Positions 25,921 to 38,895 of a stretch of 56,581 nt of DNA are shown here, one piece after another (the first letter of the stretch is position 1; each line of letters opens with the position of its first letter). The position numbers and the translations under genes were made by a program. The DNA is taken from contig NC_068987.1 of assembly GCF_001194135.2 (NCBI RefSeq), forward strand, positions 61,350,956-61,407,536, in the 5' to 3' direction. Under the pieces are notes generated by a model. That model was not told the DNA's origin. It made no database searches and saw only the letters and a list, made by a program, of their open reading frames with translations. The DNA is from Octopus bimaculoides (Eukaryota).

Positions 25921-27388
25921 CACTCAGTTGTACATATACACATTCTGTTCTGTTTGCGATTTACAATATTTTTCCTTTGCTTATTTCCACACAGACATAA
26001 ATAGTAGAGTGGTGGAAATCTGTTGAGCCAATTTATACCTGTCTCTCTGTATGCAAATACAGCATAATTATTCTAAATATAATAGACAGATACATTCGCA
26101 CACACACACACACACACACACAAAGAAAGAGGGAAGAGAAAGAGGGGGAGCAAAAGGCAAATCAAATACATAGAAAAATAGAGCAATAAATTTATTTCTT
26201 GTTTCTGGTTTAACCATTCTTGGGTAATATCACAAGTATATTTCATTAATACCTGGAAAACAGGTTATCAAACATTGTATGATTTATTTTCCATAGCTGT
26301 CTGATATTAAATTCTATTACCAATGATCACATTCACTAAAGAAACAGGCTTTAGAAAGCTTTGCTTTTAATTCTTTCTACTAAAGAACATTCTGCCTGAG
26401 TTGATTTTTTTGAATTCACGACATCTCAAAATGAAAAGCTAAAGCAGTCAAGCAGAAAATAAAGTTGTTGAGCCTAACCAATTACATTATTCAATGACAG
26501 ACTCCACAGTTCACAAAATCTGCAATCATTTACAGAGCAGACAAGATGATGGCCTCTGATGCTTTGATTTGACTAATATACAATGTATCTGAATTAGAAA
26601 AAGAATAGAGTGATAGTATCACAAATAAGTTCTGCTAAATTTTTTCACAGAACATTTCTTTATTAGTAAAGATTCCTTGCTACAGCTGATGTCAATTCTC
26701 AGTGACAGCAAATACAATTATTTGGAACTGATCTGATAAGCTGCTGTTGGTCTTAGCTAAAGAATAAAGTAGTGAAAAACAGATCAAGAATCTAGTTTTG
26801 GACAGCTCTTCAAGGCAGTCACATAGCAAAGTTGTTTCTAGCAGATTTGTTTTTTATGATTCGACCAAAAGTGGAAGGGCAGTGTCCAGTATCTTGGATA
26901 GGCCACCAAGGCTTGAGAAGGAAAAGATGTTTCATAGCTGGTTGCAGTAGGAAACAGTTCAATAAGACCAGGTTATCCTCAGGTCAGAAACATTCAGAAA
27001 CCTAACCCAAATGTTTGCAATAGATAGGAATCCTCTAAAGATACCTAAAAGTTAGGTGGTGGCATGAAACTGGAAGTGCACAGCCTCAAAACATATACAG
27101 TTCATCCAATGGGATTCTGTGCAGCTTACTTCTATCCAAGGTGCTGCATAGTGAGATCATACCCAAACAGCAAAATGGTATCAACGTAAGAGACAGTAAT
27201 GATTCCAGTGCCAACTTTACTATGATAGAAGTCTTTTGAGACACATCTAAAGTTTCATAAAACAGGTTTCTAATTATGGACTTAATATATTTTCAAATTT
27301 TCCAACATCTTGTCTTTATGCTAAACATTGTCACAGATGCAAGGTAAATGTGGCTTCTATTCTCGTCTTTTAATATTTGCTGCTATCA

Positions 27389-27608
27389 AAGGCAGGGAGC
27401 TGGCAGAATCCTTAGCACGCCAGGTGAAATGCTTAGTGGTATTTTGTCTGTCTATGGTCTGAGTTCAAATTCTGTCAAGGTTGACTTTGCCTTTCATCCT
27501 TTCAGGGTCGATAAATTAAGTACCAGTTGCATACTGGGGTCAATCTAATTGACTGGCCCCCTCCCCAGAAATTTCAGGCCTTGTACTTTCAGTAGAAAAG
27601 AATATTTG
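27389..27608 (+). mobile_element. SINE family C (tRNA head aaggcggcgagctggcagaatcgttagcac)
   Basis: Shares gactttgcctttcatcctttc.gggtcgataaattaagtaccag with the other C copies. Confidence 0.85.
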
Positions 27609-28391
27609 TTGCATATCAGTGTTCTTGGTTAGTTTCCAAGAACACTGTTACACAAAATACAGAGCAAACATCATTCCTTAAAAACATAGCTAGACAAAAA
27701 AAAAAACATGAATTATTAAACTCTATTTCAGAATAAAATCTAAATTTCTAAACTTAAATTGAATAAGAATTCTCGTAATTTAAAGATTAACACCAACAGT
27801 TTACAATGAAAAAAAAATGATAATAATAAAGATAATTATAGAATATATATCAGAGATTAAAAATCAACAAGAACAAAAGATATATAGTTGATGAGAGAAA
27901 AATAATGCTAAAAATTATATAAAGAAAGCAAGTTGAAAATGTATGAAAACATTACGCAAATACCAAAACAATAACATTGTATAAAAAGGATTTAAAATAC
28001 ATTAATGAGAGAGCTTACAAAAGCAAGTAGGAACAATTATTAACAAGCTATAAAAAATTTTTTTCAATACAAACCAGCTAAATAAATGAACGTTCATTCA
28101 TTCTCTCTCTCTCTTTCCAATATAAAGCTAAGAAGAGATTACATTTTGACTTAAATCACCTGATCTAGCAGAGCAGGTAGTCAGCTACCTACAGCGTTAT
28201 TTAAATGCCATTTTTTCCCCCCTCAAGAACATTGCCCCAAGGGAATGTCTTAAACACAGATTGCAAATGATTATCTCAAAGAGTATTTCTGAAAAAGTAT
28301 CTAGTTAGTGTTCCAGGAGCAAAATAAAAATCATATTTCTCTTTCTAATTTACAAAATAATACTATCAAATCTAATATAGGATGTGCACAC

Positions 28392-28395
28392 ATGC

Positions 28396-28471
<76 letters not shown>

Positions 28472-28524
28472 ATTATTCGTCCTATTTTTCTGGACTGCAA
28501 TATTAGCTTGGCAATAACTATCAA

Positions 28525-28580
<56 letters not shown>

Positions 28581-28624
28581 TTACTACTACTATTATTATT
28601 ATTATTATTATTATCATTATTATT
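28392..28624. repeat. Compound microsatellite (GT)n(GTT)n...(ACT)n(ATT)n
   Basis: Visible directly. Confidence 0.95.
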
Positions 28625-28838
28625 AAGGCGGCGAGCTGGCAGAATCGTTAGCACACTGGGCAAAATGCTTAGCAGTATTTCATCTGCCGTTACAGTCTGA
28701 GTTCAAATTCTGCCGAGGTCGACTTTACCTTTCATTCTTTCGGGGTAAATAAATTAAGTACCAGTTGCATAATGATGTCAATATAATCGACTGGCCCCCC
28801 TCCCCAAAAATTCAGGCCTCGTGCCTACAGTAGAAAGG

Positions 28839-28881
<43 letters not shown>

Positions 28882-28882
28882 T
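28625..28882 (+). mobile_element. SINE family C with (ATT)n tail, first of a tandem pair
   Basis: Full head and body plus gcctacagtagaaaggat(tat)n. Confidence 0.88.
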
Positions 28883-29095
28883 AAGGCAGCAAGCTGACAG
28901 AATTGCTAGCATGCTGGCCAAAACACTTAGCAGTATTTCGCTCATTGCTACATTCTCAGATCAAGTTCTGCCAGAGTTGACTTTGCCTTTCATCCTTTTG
29001 GGGTCGATAAATTAAGTACCAGTGAAACACTGGGGTCAATGTAGTCAACTAGTCCCCTCCCCCATATTTCAAGCCTTGTGCCTGTAGTAGAAAGG

Positions 29096-29135
<40 letters not shown>
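28883..29135 (+). mobile_element. SINE family C with (ATT)n tail, second of the pair
   Basis: Begins directly after the first copy's tail. Confidence 0.88.
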
Positions 29136-29141
<6 letters not shown>

Positions 29142-29309
29142 CATATTCATTAAAAAAAGAACGAACCTATTCCATATACAATTTCTTCAGTCTGAAACAA
29201 TGATAAAACCAAACAGAATTGCTGCCTACACTTTTTAAAACTAATTTAATATTTTATTTAATATTACAGAACTGAAACCATACATATGTGTGTGTATGTG
29301 TGCGTATAT

Positions 29310-29429
29310 TCCACAGCATGACATCTTCAGCAAATGCCTTCTTATATAGCCTTGGGTCAACTAAAGCCTTNNNNNNNNNNNNNNNNNNNNNNNNNNNNNN
29401 NNNNNNNNNNNNNNNNNNNNNNNNNNNNN

Positions 29430-29467
<38 letters not shown>

Positions 29468-29690
29468 TATGTGTGTGTGTATTTTTGTCTGTTTGTTCCC
29501 CTCCACCACTTGACAACTGGTGTTGATGTGTTTACATCCCCATAACTTAGCTCTTTGGCAAAAGAGACTGATAGAATAAGTACCAGGCTTTAAAAAAAAA
29601 AGTATTGGGGTTGATTCATGTGACTAAAATTCTTCAAGGCAGTGCCCCATCATGGCCACAATTTAATGACTGAAACAAGTAAAAGATAAA
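29310..29690 (+). mobile_element. SINE family B spanning a gap
   Basis: caaatgccttct.atatagcc...aaagcc, gap, ...tgactgaaacaagtaaaag. Confidence 0.8.
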
Positions 29691-30149
29691 ATGTGTGTAT
29701 GTGTGTGTGTAATCTTTTTATTATGCTAACATGAGCCAAAGAAGACTTACTGGGGCAATTATTCTATGACAAGATGCCCTTTCTGTTGCCAACCTTCATT
29801 TGTTTCCAGGTAAGGTACTATTTTCCTGTGGTCTTTCAAACAATGAAGAGCACGATGGCTGGATATACTTCAAATATAAACAATAACACAATCTATACAG
29901 TGACATTGTTCATGTAGCATGCAAACTATATCAAGACAATAGGAAATTACACACACACACACTGATACATTCACAATACACAAGCATACATACTTGATGG
30001 GCTTGTGATATTTTCCATTTATCAATTCCATTCATAAAACTTTGTTCATCTTGAAGCTATAGTAGAAGACACCTACTAACATTGCTATGCATCAAGAACA
30101 AACAACCCAGGACAAACATGGCTATAAAGCAAACTTCAAATCACACAGC

Positions 30150-30300
30150 CAAATATATTACTAGCCTTTATCACCAGTCCTTCCTCACCAAAATGGTAGC
30201 TGTATGGAATCTCCTCCCTGCTCATACCTTTTCCACAGGAATCAACTTGCAATAGCTTAAATGGAATATTAATCGTATCAATTTTACCAGTCTTTAGGGA
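30150..30300 (+). mobile_element. CR1/L2-like LINE ORF2 C-terminal remnant
   Basis: SFLTKMVAVWNLLPAHTF..GINLQ*LKWNIN resembles the SF..R....WN.LP...F....LQ.FK motif; related piece at 33150-33440. Confidence 0.5.
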
Positions 30301-30900
30301 TTCTTCAAAGGACATCAGCACTGTCCCTTCCTCCTGACACAACAAATTATAAGAAAAAGAATCTTAATCTATTGTAGGCACTTTGTTCACTTTGGGTAAA
30401 ATAACAGACCAAAGACAACTCTGATAATATTTGAAAAGAAAATAATGAAGCCCTGAATTAAAAACAACAAAGTCTTCACAGTCAAATGCTATGAATGCCA
30501 TGACCAAAGCAGAAAATCATTAGCAGTAACAAAGAGCTAGCATGGGCCAGATGAGGCTTTTACTAGTTCTATCCAGTTGGTTGTGGCTATAACAGGGCCA
30601 GTGTCATTGCAATGTATGGGTACACTGAGCAGTTGCCTGGAGGCTTCATGAGCTTAGGGGCTCAATTCTGACCTATATATGTTGTGGTTTGCTGTCAATA
30701 AATATATACATACCATAGGGACCAGTGCATTGATTTGCTTAGGGACTTATAATGCCAACCTGACTAGGGTACAATATATGTTAAAAATATGATTCAATAA
30801 ATAATATTGATGGTAGAGTTTCAAGTAAATTAAACAAAAAATAAAATGGAAAATATTTGAATCTATTTAAGATGTAAACAATCTAACTACAGCAAATATA

Positions 30901-32497
30901 CACTGCAATCAGAAAGAGTTTGCAAAGTATTAAAATTGTTTTTTTATTAAACAATATATTTTCCTATTGAACTTTATTTGAATATTCCATATTAAAAGAC
31001 ATTCTTTATGAATATTCTGTGGTATTAATGTGATATTTTTTTATTTCAGACAAAATATATATAAATTAGTCTATTTTTTCCCCATTATTTGATGGCTAAA
31101 AGGTGTTTGTAAATCTGTGAAAATACCAAAAGGTGTGCAATCAACGTAAGCTGAAACCAAAAAAATGATAAAATTACTGTCTGAAGAACAAAATACTCTA
31201 TCAATGGCAAAAATATTGATGCAAGATCACTACACAACTGAGAAGTCTGTTGCAGACAGCAAGGTGTCCAGTGCTCCTCCAAGAAAGATCAAACCCTAAG
31301 CCTTTAAACCCGAAGATGAACGAAGTATACCAAGATGAACTGAAGCATGCCAAGATGAAAAATACCCATACAACGAGTAGGAAAATTTTTGAGGCAGCTG
31401 GCATCAACAATGTGCTGAAAAGCACCAGAAATGCTTCTAAGAAAGCTTGGTAGTGACAAAAAAGATAGAAATCTCATGTCCCCTTTTGAAAAACCATCAT
31501 GGTAAAAGGTTGGCATGGACAGAAAAATATATGAGACAGAATTTTCATGATGTCCTATGGACAGACAAGTGTAGAGTAACACTGGAAGGTCCCGATGACT
31601 GGGGTAAGGGTTGGCTGCTTAGTGGACGAAATAATACAGTTTGTTTTAGGAGGCAACAATGGGGAAGAGGGGTGATGTTCTGGGCTGGATTGCTTGGGAA
31701 CACAATAAGTCTTTTCAGACTTGCACAATAATTTAAAATAAATTTTGTAAACTATTGTCAATTTCTGAGTGATAACATCCATCCTTAGTATCAGAGTCAA
31801 TCAGCAGTGAAAAGAGCATCAATTATTTTCATGCAGGGCAATGCTCTGTCACATGCCTCAAAGGATTCTATGAAATGACTCAATGAGCATGACATCACGG
31901 AATCCAATATTATGACTTGGCCACCAAATAGTCCTGACCTTAACCCAATAGAGAATTTATGGTCCATCATTAAGAGAAAAGTTTATGAGAATGGTAAGCA
32001 ATATGCCAGCTTAGATGAACTTTGGAGAGCAATATGTGATGCATGTTATAGTGTACCAATGTAGCAACTAGAAAATCTTGTCTCTTCACTTGATATGAGG
32101 CTTTTGGAATTGATTAAAAAGAAAGGAGGTCATATTAGGAGATATTGAATATTATCATTTGTTATATGATTACTCTACAATTTTTGTTCAACTTTCTACA
32201 ATATTATATAAAGGTATATTGTATCTCAAATACATGTTAATAAACATGTTCAAATAATCATGATTAGTTTTAAAATGATTTATTTTGCATTTCCAAACAT
32301 ATTTTGGAGAGTATGTAACTATTCATTCTTCTTATTTGTCCAATTATCTTTAACTTGATAATACTGAGAAGTTGTACTTGGAAATTCAATTTGCAATACA
32401 ATTTTCTATGTACTGATTAACACTTTGTTTCATTATTTCCCTTGATTTTTTTTACAACGCCATTTCATTTCAAATGCAAACTTTTCTGTTCACAGCG
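30901..32497 (+). mobile_element. Near full-length (1597 bp) Tc1-like DD37E (TRT-like) transposon, inactive
   Basis: TA at both ends; imperfect TIRs cactgcaatcagaaagagtttgca / tgcaaacttttctgttcacagcg; internal transposase pseudogene. Confidence 0.88.
31123..32148 (+). pseudogene. DD37E transposase pseudogene
   Basis: VLWTD(31564)KCRVTLEGPDDWGKGW; RRQQWGRGVMFWAG; MQ[G for D, 31837]NALSHASK...WPPNSPDLNPIE(31951)NLWSIIKRKVY. Exactly 37 codons separate the second D position from E. Stops and frameshifts are present. Confidence 0.9.
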
Positions 32498-32524
32498 TAT
32501 ATATATAAAAAGTTTCGTTATCAT

Positions 32525-32749
32525 TGTTTTAATGCCCTCTTTTTCTTGCTTGCATGGGTTACATGAAATTCATTGAGGCAGATATTCTATGGTTGAATAC
32601 CATTCCTGTTGCCAACACTCATCTGTTTCAAAGCAAAGTAAAATTTTCTCATGGCCAGACATGTTTCCATGACAGATTGAAAGGAAACTACACTGCATGT
32701 ATGGTGATGATGCTTGTTTACAATTATTGCACAATACCAAGATCAGACA

Positions 32750-32813
<64 letters not shown>

Positions 32814-33010
32814 CAAATATAAACATACACACACATACACACAAATATAAACACACACATATACACAACAGGCTACCTTCTGTTTCCATCTATTAAATCC
32901 ACTGACAAGTGTTTGGTCAGCCCAGAGCTTTCAGTGGAAAACACTTGCCCAAGGTGCCATGCAGTGGGACTGAAATCAAACCGATTTGAAGGGAAACTTC
33001 ACCACACAGT
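32525..33010 (-). mobile_element. A2 repeat (32525-32730), (TG)n, then family B 5' half (32860-33010)
   Basis: cattcctgttgccaacactcatctgtttcaaagcaaagtaa; acacttgcccaaggtgccatgcagtgggactgaa. Confidence 0.75.
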
Positions 33011-33149
33011 TTTATATCTATAAACATATTTAGATAAATTAAAATACAAAAAAATAAAAAATACATACTGATATGAAGAAAGTTAAAATACTTACTAATC
33101 GTTATCACAGACAATATCTAAAGAAAAGATATTTGATCAATTGGCATGT

Positions 33150-33440
33150 GATCAATTGCAAACACACTCCAGCCTCTGACCCATAGACATACTGTCTCTT
33201 CTCTCTGCCAATTCTAACAAATTATCTCCAGTCAAACAATCTCAGCTTAATGTCTTGCCTCTTCTAAATATCCATTCAGTGTCTACCAATACTACCATGG
33301 CCTCATAATAAACACTATGCAGACCTCTCCCACAAAATATTAACCATCTGGAATCACTCTCACTGCAGGTTTATTTGCTTTTATGCACTAGTGACATGCA
33401 GCTGTTCAGGAGGAACCTTAATGTTACCAAAACTCAACAA
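33150..33440 (+). mobile_element. Degenerate CR1/L2-like LINE 3' remnant
   Basis: Weak ..IWNH.. and MQLFRRNLN similarity to 30150-30300. Confidence 0.4.
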
Positions 33441-35086
33441 TTCCAGAGGGTCTACAAAGGCCAAAGGCACAGCTTCCTAACCAATAAAAGAATTTACTCT
33501 ATTTTACTGATTTCAATCACAAGACTATAGTCATACTGAAGCACTGCCTTCAATATACACCTTTTAACGAATGGGTAAGTTCTACCAGAGTTACGTCCAT
33601 TTCTAGATAGTCACCTCTCATTCATGAACTTAAATACAACAAGGCACATTCCCAGATTCACACTGACACACATATACATACTTATGTTGAGCTTCCATAG
33701 TCTCCATCAACTAAATTTCACTCCAAAGGCAATCAGATTAACATACATACTTAGCGCTGCTCCATTATGAAATGAAACCAGATTTATTTTTTAGTTCAAT
33801 ATACTGAAACATAGAGAGCAATAGCTATTGCATTCTTTCACAGAACACTGCAGTGATCATATGTTTAGACATTAAATATTCAATCACTACATCTATGTGG
33901 ATTTCCATATGAATACATTCCTTGTGTTTGCTATTGTCTGTCTGTCTTTTCAGCTTACATATGCCACAGAACCTCCCAAAACTAGACACCAATATTTAAG
34001 CATTATCTAAGCTTAACTGGATTACCTATGACAAAAACGAAACAATACTAATGGACGTAATCCCCACAAACTATGAACAAACACTTTCCACTTTACAAGA
34101 ATGAAAGACAACTCAGAATCATGAGACTAAGATATAAGAAATTCACAATTAAGCATAACAAATGTGTATTCCAATCATCAGCAGCCAAACAGATATTACT
34201 ATTGTTTTGACACCTGAGCAGTACCATACAGTTCAGCAGTGTCAACAACATCAAAAATATAAATGCTGCCTGGGATCCACCTGCATTTTACTACAATTAA
34301 CAACATCAGACTAAGCAAGTAATGATAACTTAAAGTTACTAAATAACACTTATAACAAAAGAATTTATACCAAAAGGGATATTCAGACAATACAACAAAC
34401 TTAAACTACTAGATACTTTGTTTCTCAATCAACAACATCACATCACAAACATGATAACACATCAAAAGCAAGCCTAATAAAGACATCTCGTAAACAACAT
34501 CATAACAGTATATTTCGTAAACAATGTCGTTGAACAATGTACAAGGAAAAGGACAAGCTTAAATCAATATCTATGAAACAAGTTCAATACTATAAAATAT
34601 AAAAAGCAAATAAATTGTTTATCAAAGGTAAAATAATAAAATGAAAAAATGAGAAATAGAATCGAATTTTAAAAATTATATACGTACACACACACACACA
34701 TATCTATGATTAAAACAAATAACTAATAACTTGTCCTAATTACAAAGAGACTAAATAATCCATTATAATTAAACAGCCAATGAGCTCATTACCTGGGAAC
34801 AACTCAAATTACCCTTGATTATAGAATAAATAAATATATATGTGGTTTAAATCAACATATACACTTACAAATAATAAACACTGAATGCTACTACAAAAAA
34901 AAAAAGAAAGACTATTGAAATAATACTACATATAACAAAACCCCATGTGTTGCAGAGAAATTAACAGAAACCATACTCACGTTTTAACCCTATGCCGCCA
35001 AAGAACTGAAAGATTGATATTTGTCAACAGACAGAAGTCAATCCTAACTATTCAACAGAAGTGATGTTGTATCCAATAAAAAGAAA

Positions 35087-35417
35087 CAAAGAGCCCCTTT
35101 GGTCATGACTGACCATGAGATTGCACCAAGAAAGTTCCCCTCTGAGGCACAAGTCTGGGCAAGGTTGTTTATGGAAGACCAGCAGTCACCCATGCATACC
35201 AGCCTCCCCTCTCTGTGTCACCGATGCTGCCCAAGAGAAAGGCAAAGACCGATAGAGCTTGGCACTAGTGATGTCGCAACTCATTTCTACAGCTGAGTGA
35301 ACTGGAGCAATGTGAAATAAAGTGTCCTATTCAAGAACACAACACAGCCCAGACTAGGAATCAAACTCATTACCTCATGATTGCGAGCCTGACACTCTAA
35401 CCACTTGGCAATGTGCC
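35087..35417 (-). mobile_element. tRNA-derived SINE family D, full length
   Basis: Minus head ggcacattgccaagtggttagagtgtcaggctcgcaatcatgagg...gagtttgattcc; body gttcttgaataggacactttatttcac. Confidence 0.8.
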
Positions 35418-35711
35418 AGTGAATGACAGCTACCAAGAGGAAGGGATATTGCACACAACAATGAATGACAACCAGCCAAAAACATTCCAATTTCATACAT
35501 AATCTTACTATAATCTAATGACTTGACTGAAAAACATGTTATAACCCATCCAGAGAGGAAATCTACAGATAAACCCCAAAAACAATAATCAGCATCCAAC
35601 ATCAAAACATATAAACAACCATACCCACAAATATATAGTACTCAATCAATAAGAAAACCTCAGAAACAAAACCAATTAAGGAATAAACTTTACAAAACTA
35701 GGAATATATAT

Positions 35712-36220
35712 CATCATCATCATCATCAATTCACACCCATTTTCCATGCTAGAATGGATTGCATTGTTTGACTGGAGTTGGTGAGCCACAGGACTGCGCC
35801 AAGCTCTACTGTCTGCTTTGAGATGGTTCCTACAGCTGGATGCCCTTCCTAATGCCAACCACTTTATAGAGTGTACCTGAAGCTTTATATGTGGCACCAG
35901 GACCAGTGAGGTCACAAAGTAACTTGCAAGACAAAACCCCTTCAACTAAGTTGGGAGGAGTACTAAGAGAGGCGGCTTTGTGCTAGGTGATGAAAGGTTA
36001 AAGTGTGACAGAGGGAGAGAAACTGGTATCTTGCTGTAGAGGAGATACATGGCCACTCTAGATGGATAGAGGAGAGGAGTGAGAGATAGAGAGAGAAGAT
36101 GGTGGTGAAGATGAGGATGCACCCTCCAAGTAGTAGGAGATGAATATAAGAGAAGTGAGACAGAGGATTGGACAGGGTGAGTGGGCAGCTAAGTTCGTGA
36201 GAGTACAAAAGGAGAGTGGG
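35712..36220 (-). mobile_element. Family A 3' end with the same long extension as 6760-7270
   Basis: Shared motif blocks listed for 6760-7270. Confidence 0.7.
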
Positions 36221-36234
36221 AGATATCTTTTATC

Positions 36235-36479
36235 ATTTATTCATTTCAGTCGTAAAACTGCAGCCATACTGGGGCACCACTTGAAAAGTATCTTTAGTTG
36301 AATGAATCAACTCCGGTACTTTTTTTTTAAGCTTGGTACCTATTCTAACGATCACTTTTGCCAAACTGCTCAGTCACAGGAATGTAAACACACTCCATAA
36401 AGTGGTTGGCATTAGGAAGATCATCCAGTTGTAGAAACCATGCCAAATCAGACTGGAATCTGGTGCAGCCCCCCCCCCC
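36235..36479. mobile_element. Family B 3' half (-, 36235-36392) joined to a family A fragment (+, 36395-36479)
   Basis: Motif matches to both families. Confidence 0.75.
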
Positions 36480-36825
36480 NNNNNNNNNNNNNNNNNNNNN
36501 NNNNNNNNNNNNNNNNNNNNNNNNNNNNNNNNNNNNNNNNNNNNNNNNNNNNNNNNNNNNNNNNNNNNNNNNNNNNNNNNNNNNNNNNNNNNNNNNNNNN
36601 NNNNNNNNNNNNNNNNNNNNNNNNNNNNNNNNNNNNNNNNNNNNNNNNNNNNNNNNNNNNNNNNNNNNNNNNNNNNNNNNNNNNNNNNNNNNNNNNNNNN
36701 NNNNNNNNNNNNNNNNNNNNNNNNNNNNNNNNNNNNNNNNNNNNNNNNNNNNNNNNNNNNNNNNNNNNNNNNNNNNNNNNNNNNNNNNNNNNNNNNNNNN
36801 NNNNNNATATATATATATATACATA

Positions 36826-37697
36826 CTGGGTGCGATGGGTAAATCGTTACCATTTTATATTTTTAATTTCATGCATGCACGTTATTTGTTCTTGATTTTG
36901 TCGGCTATACAGTATAGTAGGATCAGTTGGGAACTATCTGTGAGAAAAACAACACCATGACACAATTCACTCTGCCAGAAATTTGGAAATGACATGCTGT
37001 ACTATTTGGCATTCATGCCGGAAGCTCCAATACGAACATTTCAGAGTGTTTGGGTGTCAATCAGAGCAGAGTACAATCTGAGGACATGTACCAAGAGTGA
37101 TAAAAATCAAACATGTAGTCAACATCATGGTGTTTGGAGTGATCACTAGTGATGGCAATGTTATGCCTCCATTCATCTTCTCACACAGCATCAGACTCAA
37201 CACAGAGACTTACATCAAGCATCCGGAGGAGGTAGATCAAGAGGGTGGCTACTGCAACAGCCTATGTCTAGCGACAGGACTCTACACCATGCCACACAAG
37301 CAGGAGAACCAAGTCATTGCTATCAGACAATTTCTATGACCACATCATCCCTAACATCTGGCCATTTAACTCCCCTTCATTATTATGTGTGGGGCGCAGC
37401 TGAGCGAGAGACCAACAAAACTCCTTGTAACACCAAAGATGAACTGAAGGCAAGGATTATGACAGCATTCACGAACTTAAACAAGGAGACTGTCCAGAAG
37501 AGTTGCAGGAGATTCCGAAGTCATCTAGAGGCCATGGTTGAAGTCAATGGCGATTTTATTGAATAAACTTACTCTTTAGTATTTCAAGATTTTTTTTTTT
37601 TTTTTGTAATTTTGGTAAATATATGTGTTAAAACAAGATGTTAGTGTTATTTTCATTTTTTGCATAATTTAGACAACAGTTTATTCACCACACCCTG
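36826..37697 (+). mobile_element. Internally deleted maT (DD37D) transposon, copy 1
   Basis: TA|ctgggtgcgatgggtaaat ... tttattcaccacaccctg TIRs; NIMVFGVITSDGNVMPPFIF...HYYVWGAAERETNKTPCNTKDELKARIM...NGDFIE*. Confidence 0.85.
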
Positions 37698-37699
37698 TG

Positions 37700-37749
<50 letters not shown>

Positions 37750-37752
<3 letters not shown>

Positions 37753-37887
37753 GTTAATCTAATTGCCACTTACAAGGCTCTAGTCAGCCCAAGGCTATAG
37801 TAGAAAAGTCTTGCCCCAGATGCCACACATTGGTACTGAACCTGGAACCATCTGGTTGGGAAGCATGCTTCTTATCATGCCTGCACC
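37750..37887 (-). mobile_element. SINE family B, 5' half
   Basis: cttgccccagatgccacacattggtactgaacctggaacc. Confidence 0.78.
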
Positions 37888-38469
37888 TTAAATAGGGGAG
37901 AGATATATTATATGAGTTAATTTATTATAATATATGTTTAAAATAAAACAACCTTGTGAAGCTGAGTTCCGAAATGACCAAAAATCACTGACACTAAAAT
38001 TACTTTATTCCACCTTGTGGAAATGCAATGAGTTCCAAGATATTATTGATTTCTCTAATATACAAAAATTAAATATATGCCAAATATATGACAACCAACT
38101 TATTAAATGGATTCATGTTAAAAAAAAAATTAAAAGAAAAAACTAATCAAAAAACTACTGAATGAACAATTACAATTGTAATGCTCATAAATAATAAACC
38201 TTTATATATGAAATTTCAGTACTATAATTATCAAGCAGGAAATCAACATGGAACAGTAGGTAGGTACTAAGCCAGCTCTTCTAATGTAATTAAAATAGAT
38301 CTGTTCAATTTATTTTCAAAATATTCAGAAAGGTACCTGAAATACTGTGCAAAAGTGCAAAAAGTGCCACAAAAATATTAAAAAATAAAAGAGAAATGAT
38401 GTAAAAAGTACACTAACCAATTAGGGCACAGAGTCACTACTGAAGAGTCCATAATTGTGTAATATTATC

Positions 38470-38895
38470 ATTAACCATCATGATTTTAATGTCCCCTTTT
38501 CCATGCAAGCATGGGTCAGATGGAGATTATTGAGGCAGACTTTCTACAGCAGGATGCTCTTCCCATCACTAACTCACATTTGTTTCCAAACAGGGTAATA
38601 TTTCCCAGTGGCCAGACATGCTTCACAGAATACTGGAAATGAATTACACAGATTCTATGACAGCAACAGTAATGATCATGTACAACTATCAGACAGTGTG
38701 AAGTCAAAGAGACACAAATATATACACACATGCACACACAGGATTCTTTCAGTTTCTATCTCTCAAATCTGCTCACAAAGCTTTGGTCAGCTTAGAACTA
38801 TAGCAGAAGACACTTGCCAAAGGTGCCACATGGTGGGATTGAACCTGAAACCGTGTGGTCAGAAAGCAAAATTCTTAGCCATACACCTGCACCTT
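38470..38895 (-). mobile_element. A2 repeat (38470-38690) plus family B 5' half (38740-38895)
   Basis: Motif matches. Confidence 0.75.
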
